Part shown: in pieces, positions 48,001 to 57,674 of the stretch
Numbering within the stretch: the first letter of the stretch is position 1
How the letters are laid out: each line of letters starts with the position of its first letter
Origin: Caecitellus pseudoparvulus
Lineage: Eukaryota; Protista; Bigyra: Bicosoecida
Assembly (NCBI GenBank): GCA_965644315.1
Contig: CBFFRQ010000018.1
Location: 868,001-932,000, forward strand
Reading direction: 5' to 3'
DNA: 64,000 nucleotides
The notes under the pieces: model-generated
Seen by the model: the letters and a program-made list of their open reading frames with translations, nothing else
The model's database searches: none
Told to the model about the DNA's origin: nothing
Position numbers and translations under genes: made by a program

Positions 48001-48663
48001 CGACGGAGAGGCCCAGGGCGACGAAGCCCACTCCCCAAGTGAATGCCAGGCAAAAGAAGATGAACTGCAGCGCAGGGGTCAGCTCAACTGGCAAGGCGTT
48101 CAGCACACGGGTAAACTGCAAGATGCCCCTGGCGGCTTCAGCTGCGCGAAGCCGGCGCGAGGAGCAGGGTGGTGTCAAACACAGTCTCCGCAGGTGACAG
48201 GATTTGATGCACAGCGGCGCGCGGGCTGCACGCACAGTCAGTGGAGGTGGCAGCAACCAGGGAATGCAGTGGAAACACTAGCATTTGCAGGGAGGTCACG
48301 CAGCGCCCGAAGAGGTACCAGTACGGGTTGATGTTGGTGGAGCGGGCCGCCATCCGCATAGCTCTGAGGGCGTTGCCGAGCGGAGAGAGAGAAGAGTGTC
48401 GGCGCAGGCAGGGCACGGCAACGCAGGGCGCAGGGGAGGCGTTCCCTCGTGCAACTACGTACTCGGTGAGCACTGAACCGCATGTTTGAATCCACCCACC
48501 GCCGGCGTTCTTCCCTTCGTCTCGCGTCTGGCAAGGAAGCGGGAGGGGGAGGTTGCCTAGCGGAATATGAGGGCCTCGCTCCACCCAGGGCGCTGGCGTC
48601 GCAATTTGAAGCTGCAAAAGGGCTTCACAGGCCCTTCTAACCACGCACTGGGACCATGGTCAT
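42047..48663 (-). CDS. TmcB/TmcC-like multipass membrane protein with PAS domain
   Basis: 1941-aa ORF plus short 5' exons (start uncertain). N-terminal TM bundle, LNPDSTKVMRAYAVYL, PAS segment LGEITEVNSVAARMF...GTNINSLIPSPIADIHSKFL, later TM pairs. Confidence 0.82.
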
Positions 48664-49220
48664 GTCTGTCTATGTGATCAGGCCAGTTGCCTTTGCGTTG
48701 AGACACTATCGGCCGCCTCCAGCGCCTGTCCACCGAGCACTTCAGTTTGCAGGCACTTTGAGACGATCAGTGAGGCATCAACGAGGGGATGCTCTCCAGA
48801 ACACAGTGTGCTCGCTGATGGAGGCCTGCCTGAGGATAAGAACTCATGATCGCAGCTAGACATGCGCAATTTGTGTGGGTTGGAGTGCTGTGGGCGTACC
48901 GTGCGCAGGTTTGGAGCGTCAGCAAAGGGGTGAAGCGGGAGGGGGGGGCTGCTGGCAAGGCACTGTACTGTGCAGCGCTAGCTAGCAGCGGCAAGGAGAG
49001 AGGCTCGGCCAGGCACGTTAGGCTGGAGCGCCTCGCTGCACTGTGTGCATGGCGGAAAGGCTTTCAAGTACCGTGCATTGGTACAAGACAGCCCCTGGCC
49101 ACCCGACGTTTGGTGGCCTCCGCAACACTTCGAAGCTTCAGCGGCTGGCGCCAGAGCAACCGTGGTGCGGGGGCGGCGAGAGAGATGATGTTGGCGTGAA
49201 TGACGGAGGGGGAAGGCGCG

Positions 49221-50339
49221 CTACCCTTTCCCCCGCACTGCTGCCAGCATCTCCGCTGCACCTTCCTCAGCCACTCGTGTGACTTTTCTGTCAACGATGA
49301 CTGCACCGGCTGCCAGCCACGCCACGAGCCAAGTCCACATGTCTGGGGCAGAGTCCGCAGCCAAGTGGTACACGCGCTCTCCCTCAGGTGGCAGGAGAGC
49401 TACACAGTGGGGTTTGGACGCGTTTTCAAGGTCAGACTTGGAGGGAGGCTTGGGCTGCTTGTCGGGCGGCAGCCAAGGCAGCATGCTGGCAGGCGGCGGG
49501 CTCGCCGACAGCAGCCTGATTTTTGCGCCGTACACAGCGAAGGCATTCTGAGGCTTCCCGGGGAAGCCCGTCGACTCATTTTTGTAGTAGCGCACGACTC
49601 GCGCCCGCCCCTGCAGCGAGAAGAACCGCTTCTTCCACTGCGTGTTGCTGACTCCCTTCTTCAACAAGTAGCCAGAGTGGGCAGGGGGGTCTGGCGGCTC
49701 AGAGGCTGGCGGGAAAGCAGCGGGGTCCACACCTGCCACTAAAAAGCGAGGGGGCAACATGCCTCGCGAGGCAACGACGGAGGGGTACACCTTGGGAGCT
49801 CGGCGGAAGGCTGGCGGGGGAGGCAGCGTGTCTGGGTGTGGGAAAAAGTGCCCTCCAACCTCCACGTCACCCCCGGCATGTGCCATGGGGCCTGGCCCAC
49901 CCTCTGCTCCCAGTGTCGCTGCAGCGCTGGCCCGAGGGCTGCCAGGGCGCGAGGGTGGCGCAGAGGTGGGGGGTGTCGGCGTGGCAGAGCCACCGCCTGC
50001 GAGGGGCGTGCTGGCTCCAGAGGCAACGGCAGGAGAGCGTGCCCGGCCGCTGGCAGGGGAGGGGGAAGCAGATGCGTATTCAGCTGGGCGTTCCCACGTG
50101 CTTTCCTCCGTTTCAATGTTGAAATAGTAGAATTGGTCCTGCTCGGGGTCAAACACCTTGAGCCAACCTGCACTTGTGTGGGCTGGCTGCACTTCGCCTT
50201 CTGGCCCTGGCTGCCCGAAACCTGGCCGCTCCCACGTGGACTCGCCCGTTTCGGAGTTCCAGAAGAACCACTCCTTGTACCCTTCGTCCCACACGGGCGT
50301 CCATGGCTCTGGAGTCAGGGGAGGCTGTGAGCGGTCCAT
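49221..50339 (-). CDS. Tandem WW domains + PH domain protein
   Basis: WTPVWDEGYKEWFFWNSETGESTWERP and WLKVFDPEQDQFYYFNIETEESTWERP; HSGYLLKKG...WKKRFFSL...RVYHLAADSAPDMWTWLVAW. Confidence 0.9.
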   Translation of the reverse strand: MDRSQPPLTPEPWTPVWDEGYKEWFFWNSETGESTWERPGFGQPGPEGEVQPAHTSAGWLKVFDPEQDQFYYFNIETEESTWERPAEYASASPSPASGRARSPAVASGASTPLAGGGSATPTPPTSAPPSRPGSPRASAAATLGAEGGPGPMAHAGGDVEVGGHFFPHPDTLPPPPAFRRAPKVYPSVVASRGMLPPRFLVAGVDPAAFPPASEPPDPPAHSGYLLKKGVSNTQWKKRFFSLQGRARVVRYYKNESTGFPGKPQNAFAVYGAKIRLLSASPPPASMLPWLPPDKQPKPPSKSDLENASKPHCVALLPPEGERVYHLAADSAPDMWTWLVAWLAAGAVIVDRKVTRVAEEGAAEMLAAVRGKG

Positions 50340-50440
50340 GCTGTGCGGAAATTGGCCCCTGCCCTCCAGGTCAGGGTGGGCAGTGTGTCCTACTTTGACG
50401 CTGTGCGCGCTTGGTTGGAGGCACATGCATTTGGCGGGCG

Positions 50441-52074
50441 TCAGAGAATGAACTTCTTGAGGTCTGTGCGCTTGGACAGCCCCTCAAGCTTGGACTTGAC
50501 CCGCTCCGCGTCCACGACAACTTCTGTGCCCTCCTCAGCATCCGCTGCGTCGAAGCTGATGTCGTCCATGACACGCTCCAGCACGGTGTGCAGCCGCCGC
50601 GCGCCAATGTTCTCCACCATCTTGTTGATCTCTGCCGACTGCCGCGCCAGCTCCCACACGGCATCGTCCGTGAACGTCAGCTGAATGCCCTCGGCTGCCA
50701 TGAGCGCTTGCTGCTGTGCCAGGAGGTTGTGCTTGGGCACGGTGAGGATGCGGTGCATGTCTTCTGCAGACAGCCCTGCCAGCTCCACACGGATGGGCAG
50801 GCGGCCTTGCAGCTCGGCCATCATGTCACTGGGCTTGGAGTCCGAGAAGGCCCCCGACGCGACGAAGAGAACGTAGTCTGTGCGAACGGGGCCGAACTTC
50901 TTGACATCCACAGTGGTGCCCTCGATGAGCGGGAGCAGGTCCCGCTGCACGCCCTCAGCGGAGGCGTCCCCGCCCTTGTACACCCGGGCAGAGCTGGAGA
51001 CGATCTTGTCCACTTCGTCGATGAACACGATGCCGTGCTGCTCGGCCAGCTCCACTGCCTCCTTGCGCCAGTTGACGGCCTTGAGGCGGCGGTCCAGCTC
51101 CGCCTCGAACAGCTGTGGGCGTGCGTGCTTCACCTGCAGCTTCTTGCGCTGGTTGCGCCCGCCGCTGGCGTGCTTCTGCATGTGCATGAGGATCTCGGTG
51201 GGGTCCACCGTCACGGAGGAGCCGCCCCCCACGACGTTGAACTCAAGGCTGTCGTCGCTGGCTCGGCGGGGCACCTCCACCTCCACCTCCAGGTCCTCAA
51301 GCTGGCCCTCACGCAGGAGGTCTTGGAACTGCTTCCACGTCACCTCCTCCGGGTTGGTGCCAGTCAGCGCCTTCAGCAGCGTGTCCTCCACTGCCGCGTC
51401 AATCTCAGGCCGCAGCTCCTCCTCCTTCAGCTGGCGGTGCACCTTGGCAGCCGCCGCGACGAGGTCCTTGACGATGCTGTCCACGTCGCGGCCATGGTAC
51501 CCCACCTCTGTGAACTTGGTAGCCTCCACCTTCACGAACGGCGCGTTGGCGAAGCGGGCCAAGCGGCGGGCGATCTCCGTCTTGCCCACGCCTGTCGGAC
51601 CCACCATGAGGATGTTCTTGGGGATGATGTCCTCCTGCATCTCTGCAGGCACACGCTGCCGACGCCAGCGGTTGCGCAGGGCCACAGCGATGGCACGCTT
51701 GGCGTCTGCCTGCCCGACGATGTGCTCATCCAGCGCCTTCACAATCTGCCACGCGTGCGGGAGAGCGCCAGGGTGCGAGGGGGAGCTGCGCGCAGAGGGC
51801 TGAGCCCACTAGGACGACGCCACACACATACCTGAGCAGGGGTTAAGTTGGAAGCAGCGGAGGAGGGCTTTGGGACTTGGCTGGCTGGCGCAGCGTCTTC
51901 GGCGGCGTCGCCCACGTCAGCTGGCGCAGTGGAAAGGCCGCGATTCTGGGCAGGCACTGCGAGCACTGCTCCGCAGCCCAAGGGCGTGGCCAACGGCCTG
52001 AATGCTGTGCTTGCTACGTCACTAGCGACGCATCGCGCTGCCACTGCAGCAGCTCGTCGGGTGGCGGTGAACAT
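50441..52074 (-). CDS. hslU: ATP-dependent protease ATPase subunit HslU/ClpY, probably mitochondrial
   Basis: ATG 52074 with presequence-like N-terminus; intron 51746-51831. LTPAQIVKALDEHIVGQADAK, PKNILMVGPTGVGKTEIARR, KFTEVGYHGRD, GIVFIDEVDK, GVQRDLLP, ENIGARRLHT, C-terminal DLKKFIL. Confidence 0.97.
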
Positions 52075-52264
52075 GGTGGAAATACGGTTTGCCTGCGTTT
52101 CACTTTGGCGTTTCACGAAGTGTGTGCATGTGCTCTGGACAAATGGCCGTGCAGACCGTGCAGCGAGGCTGGGAGGTGGCACAAGAAGAGACCCCTCGTG
52201 TTCTCACACTGATTTTGAATTTGTGAAGACTAGCCACCCTGCAGGAGGCTGTTGTTGGGGCCCG

Positions 52265-54613
52265 TCATGTCTGGGGCGGCACGCGGGGTGCACTGCCTGC
52301 AATGGAACTGCTTCCAGCGGCAGTGGGCGTGATGCCAGACATGAACACGCCATGGCCCTGCTTCATCCACGCCGCGACGGGGGAGGGCAGCTTCTGGCTG
52401 GAGCCCTGGTTGGCAGGGCTGAGGACCAATTCGTTGCCAGCGTCACTCTGCCGACTCGGTGCGTCGGCGTGCGTGCCCCCACTCACTCTGGACGTGAGGG
52501 TGGCCAGCGGCGGTAGCTTCCACGTGGGGGTCAGGCTTCCGACGCCAGTGTCAGAGGAGGTCAGGGTGACTGGCGGCAGCGTACTTCTGGGCGTGACCTT
52601 GAAGCCCGCGTCACCGAGGGGAGCGTGCGACCGGGCAGGTTGGGGCGGCACTGACGAGGCGAAGCCCTGCGCGGACCCCACCCCCGCGCCCACGGCGTAC
52701 CCACTGCTTCGACCATCTGCCGCCAGGCGGTCTGTGTCAATGGGGCGGGAGGGCAGGGGCGTGTCCCCCAGGTCAGTCATGAAGCCGTCGCCCCCGCCCA
52801 CGTCCAGGGACAGAGTTGCCTTGGCGGGCACCACCGGGCCAGGGGCAGCAGGCGATCGCCCCCCCCCTGCGGTGGGCGACGTGTGCAGGCGTGCGCCAGT
52901 GACAGCAGGTGCGCCCTGGCCGTCCACCGGCGCACCAGCCATGCTCCCAAACACGGCTGCACTGTGCTGGCCAAGGTGTGGCGTGTAGCCGGACGTGGGG
53001 TTCAGAGAGGCACCTGCTGCGCCTGGGGCAAGGGAGGCAGCCACGGGCCCGGGGTATGCAGCGCTGGCGCCATACCCGCTCTGCCCTCCTGCAGACACTG
53101 GCGCCACGATGCCGGAGGGGCCGCCTTGCCACCCAGGCACCTGGCCGGGGAAGGGTGTGAGCTGCGAACCCAGGGAGTGGAATGAGAAGGCGCCAGCTGA
53201 GCGCGTGGAGAGGCCCCCCTGCGCCTCCAGCCCCCGAACAGACGCCATGAGGTGCCCGATGTTGGGCGTGCCGCCGAAGGTGGGTGACAACTGGCGGCTC
53301 TCCCCCTCGAAGCCAGCGCTGCCTGACCGGGCACTGGGCGGGCCAGTGGATGGCGCCGTCCCTCCCGTCACCACCTGTAGAGGCTGGCGCCACGCTTGGT
53401 GGGCCTGGTCCGATGCGGCCGCGGCCGCGGCAGCAGCGGCAGCAGCGGCCGCCACGGCTTGCTGGTGTTGGGCATGGTGGTGTGCGATTTGGGATTGCTG
53501 GAACACCGTTGGGTGGAACCGAGCCATCTGCGCGCTGGTGCCATGGAAGTGCGGCTGTGAGTGGGGGGCGTAGCTGGCCACGGGGCCGTGGACTGCGGAG
53601 TCACCGGGCGGTCCGCTGGGTCTGGGGCGTTTCTGTAGTGCTTGTGTGGGCCCACTAACCACCCCAGCGCGCTTGACTCCTCGTGGCGCAGACCTTCCCT
53701 CACCGCCGCCCGACCGTGCGCCTGACGCTGTGGCAGGTGCCACGCTGCCACTCTGAGCCCGTTCGCGCTCTTGGCGACCTGCGGATGGGAGCGAAGGCCA
53801 TGTGGTGACGCATGTGGGGGAAGGTGAGGGCAAGGCAAGTGGCTGGGGCGTACCTCTGACAAGGTCCGTGCGGGAGGGGATGGGCAGGTCCCGTGCCTTG
53901 CGCAGGGGAGTCCACACGCGCTTGCGAGCATTGGTGAACCAGTGGTTCAACTGCGACTGCGTGATATCTGCCAGGCGACAGAGCTCACTCTTCTCCCACT
54001 CTGTTGGGTACGCTGTGAGCGGCTTGAGGGGCGGCGGGTGCGGTGGCGAGCACAGTTCGCCCGGTTTGCGGCGCGCGCCCACGCACGGAAATCGAAGTGC
54101 TCCTCAGACAGCATCCACTTCATGAGGATCTTCACGGCAAACTCCTTCAGCTGCTTGGGGTGACGCCGCTTGATGACTCTGAGGCGAGGCACACGTGCAG
54201 GGTGGCAAGCCAGGTCGCTTGCGTTCGGGTGCACGCTGCGGACTCACCTGTTGCGCTTGTGGGTCAAGGAGACGATCTCATCGTACGTAATGCCCATGCT
54301 GTGAGAGGCAGGGGAAGAGGCAGCGTTGCAGCGACCAAGGCCAGCTTGTCTAGGCAGGGGGGCCCGCGTGAGCCAACTGCCGTGGCGTTGTCGCAGCGAC
54401 ACACCTGTTGGCATAGTCGTCGGCATGCAGCACTGCGGTTGTGGAGTTCTTGAACCGCTTGATTTTGCTGATGTCAATGAGCCCAGCCAGGAGCCGGTCA
54501 GCCTGGTCATAGTACTCCTCTTGGCCCTGCACCTCTGTCAAGTCCCCGCCGCCTTGCGGCGCCTGCGAGCTCGCCCCACGCTGCCCTGATGGGGCGGCCT
54601 GCATGCTTGCCAT
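52265..54613 (-). CDS. TALE-class (Homeobox_KN) homeodomain transcription factor
   Basis: Spliced exons give KQLKEFAVKILMKWMLSEEHFDFPYPTEWEKSELCRLADITQSQLNHWFTNARKRVW, followed by a long Q/A/G/P-rich region. Confidence 0.88.
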
Positions 54614-55165
54614 GCAAAGTCAAGGGCAGAGCATGCACAGGCCACAGTAGGGACGAGCACTACCTCTCACGTGCCCCAGCGGGGTCAGCCGCTTCCGCCT
54701 TGGTGGCGGGGCACAACGCGTGCAGCTGATGTCGCCTGAAACGCGCCCACCCCCGATAGGAGTGAAACTGTGGTGGGCGTTGATCGGGTAGGCTCGCTGC
54801 TCTCAGCACTTAGTGGGCAGGGGCAGAGGGCAAGTCTGCCTGGGGTGCAGCTTGAGCCTACTTGGCTCTGATTTTCAAATGGTGCCGAGGCGGGTTTGGG
54901 CAGCGCCTGCCAAGGCTGTGTGGACTGCCGCGCTGGTGCTGCTCTCAACCCATTCCTCACACACGTCAAGGGGCAGACGACAGCCGACAGTAATTCACTG
55001 CGCCGCGCCAATAGCACGGTGCCCCAGCGAGTCATCCAGGCTTCCAGCTGATCCCTCGCTCTGCCATCCACGGCTGAGCTTGCCTGCTGTGCGAGGGACT
55101 CGAGGAGCTTTGCGGCTCTGCGCGTGCCAAACTCGGCTGCCGCTGACGCATCAACCCACGCCGCC

Positions 55166-57060
55166 ATGGCTGCGGCCGCCTCTGCAACGATGGAGGCAGG
55201 GTGGATTTGGAAGAGTGGAGCGCGTAAGACGACTTCTGGGTTCAAGCAACGGTGGTTCAAGGTGAATGGGAGCAAGCTTGAGTACTACAAGAAGCCAGAC
55301 TCCAAGAAGCCCAATGGAACCATTGACTTGGCGGACTGTCGCGATTTCAGGAAAGCAGGTGCGTGCCACGCTGCCCCAACCCGATGGATGTTCATAGGAG
55401 ACTGCTTCTTGCCCTTCCTCGGGATGCCATGGCTCAGCCAGCGGCACCTGCGGCTGTGCTAGGGCGGGGCGACTACCTGCAATTTCCGCGTCTGCCGCGC
55501 TCAGCACGTGCATGGTTCTTTGCTGTTCTGCGGCGAATCCACGCATGATTACGCAGGGTACCTGCACTCCCTGCACTGCTTTCATCCACAGATTCCGCCC
55601 TGATCAAAGATGGCATGGTGCAAGCCTTCAAAACCCACGCAGTGGTTGTCGACACAGGCAAGCGAGAGTACATCCTCATCCCCTCCACCCAGCTGGAGTA
55701 CGTTGCTTGGGTCACGACCATCGCCAGCAAGTTGGAGTCCCGCAAGGTGTCCCCTGACCTGCTGTCCGTCATCGCGCCGTCGACTGCGGCTGTCCCAGCA
55801 CCGTCTGCGTCGCTGGGACGCGCAGCAGGCTCCGCTCCAGCCGCGCGAAGTGACTCCCTGGACTCCCTGGAGGACCGAGATGCAGCCCCTGCCCCCCTGC
55901 CTGCAGGGCTTGCGCCAGCGTCGTCCGGCGGCGCCAACCGCTCCAGCCGCACGCCCTCTGTGCTGGCTGAAATCGACACGCTGAAAACGCAGCGCGACGC
56001 CTACGCCGCGCAGGCCCGGGCCCGGGAAGCAGAGGTGGAGCGCATGCGGGCCGAAGTGGTCATGAAGTCGTCCCTGCCAGATGCTGGCGGGTCGAAGTTG
56101 GGCAGCCTGAACACGTCCTTGCTGGATGACTACGAGCAAGGCACCTCCAAGCGGGGCAATCCCCGCGGGCGCCTGGAGACTGACGAAGGCGACGACGGGG
56201 AGGCCGTGGGCTGCTGCGCTGCCTGCAACTGCAAGGTCATGTACAACGTCTTGATGAATTCCGCCATCGTGTTGGTGGGGGCGGGCGTGCTGGGCGTCGC
56301 CATCTGGGCCTTTGCGCACCGTGGCGCCTTCAAGCAGCTGCTGGGCGGCACCGACTTCCCGCTCTTCGTGGCCATGGGGGTGGGGGCAGGCCTCGTGCTG
56401 GCCGCCGCCCTGGGCATTTACGCCTCCACCAGGCACAACACGTCCTACGGGCGGTGCCTGCTGTTCGGCTACTTCATCGTCATCTGCGCCCTCGTGACGC
56501 TGCAGGTGGCAGCCAGCATCACGCTCATCGTCATGGGGCAGCAGGTCAAGTCTGCTGCCGACGCGCGCGTGGAGCACTTGCAAGGGGAGACGCAGGCCAT
56601 CCGCTCCATCACCATCTTCCTCAACGACACCTACACCACCTGCTGCCTGCACTACGACGCCCACGGCAAGGGGCAGGAGTGCAGCTGGCTGCCGCACAGC
56701 TCCCTGGACGGCTGCCACCCCCACCAGGTGCCCGGCCACAACACGACACTGCCCATCGAAAGCTTCCAGGAGTGGAAGCGCGACCTGGTCAAGTCCATCA
56801 CCAGCAACGTGGCCGTGCTGGCAGGGGTGTGGATCGGCGTCATCCTCCTGCAGGGTCTCTGCGCAGTGAGCACGTTCTTCCTCTTCCGAAGGGGCAAGGG
56901 CTGCCCTGCTTGCTGCTGCTGCCTGTGTGCCATGATGTGTCCAGGGTGCTGTGGCCGCGGCGACGAGGACGACGACTACGACGACTCGGATGACGATGAG
57001 GAGGCCGAGCGCCGGCGCCGACGGGCTCGTAAGCGTGGCAAGGGCAAGAGCAAGCGGTGA
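55166..57060 (+). CDS. PH domain + coiled coil + tetraspanin-like four-TM protein
   Basis: ccgccATGG at 55166; intron 55359-55591 splices in frame. PH: MEAGWIWKSG...FKQRWFKV...LEYYK...PNGTIDL...EYVAWVTTI. Three TMs, then a loop with YTTCC..C..C, TM4, and a Cys-rich tail. Confidence 0.82.
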
Positions 57061-57100
57061 CAGGCCGGCCGATTGCATGCCGCAGAATGCAACGCACGTC

Positions 57101-57585
57101 TTAGCGGGCGGCGAGTGGCGGGAAGGTGAAGCATGTCACTGCCGCGCCCGTGACGGTGGATGCGCCGGCGGCGTACAGCGGAGCCAGCGCCAGGTACCCC
57201 GCGTAGTCCCACCCATGCGCCATCACCACCCAGCAGGCGGCTGTGAAAGCAGCTGGGAGGAAGAAAAGCATACCAGAAAGCGTGCACGTGAGCATGGCCA
57301 TCTTCATCCTGCGCAGGGCGCGAGCTTGGCATCCGCAGCGCACGCTTGCAGCATCGCACGCGACCTGTGGGCCCAGGCACGCACTTTTCCATGTGGGTTT
57401 TCTGATTCACAGCCGTGGCAAGTCCCATGATGCCCCCAAAAACGGCCATGTAAGCGCCTGCTGTCGGAGCCCATGCGTGTGTGCGCTGCCTCTGTGCATT
57501 GTGGACTGCAGGTGAGCAACTCACCTGCCAAGCAGGCGACACCGCCCACCACGCCAACAGCAATCTCGCCCCAGGTTTCCAGCAT
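57101..57585 (-). CDS. Small hypothetical multipass membrane protein (~110 aa)
   Basis: ATG 57585 and two GT-AG introns give MLETWGEIAVGVVGGVACLAGAYMAVFGGIMGLATAVNQKTHMEKMKMAMLTCTLSGMLFFLPAAFTAACWVVMAHGWDYAGYLALAPLY... Confidence 0.55.
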
Positions 57586-57674
57586 TTTGACACGGCAAGG
57601 ACCTCACCAAGCACACAAAGTATTAAATTTCCCACAGCAAGTCCAGTGGCACAGTGCATTGTGGGCGGCAGGCG

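Noticed and set aside
48664-49220. Short ORFs in the spacer between the WW-PH and TmcB-like genes
   Set aside because: No motifs or clear coding character; explained as 3' UTR (AATGCA at 49074) plus promoter.
50411-51835. Long antisense ORFs (also 12049-13179, 18061-18873, 55582-57078, 63214-63972)
   Set aside because: They shadow well-supported genes on the other strand; GC-rich codon bias suppresses antisense stops and the translations show no recognisable motifs.
50441-52074. HslU (and YchF) as bacterial contamination or recent horizontal transfer
   Set aside because: Both have presequence-like N-termini, HslU has a spliceosomal intron, and mitochondrial HslUV is established in many protists.
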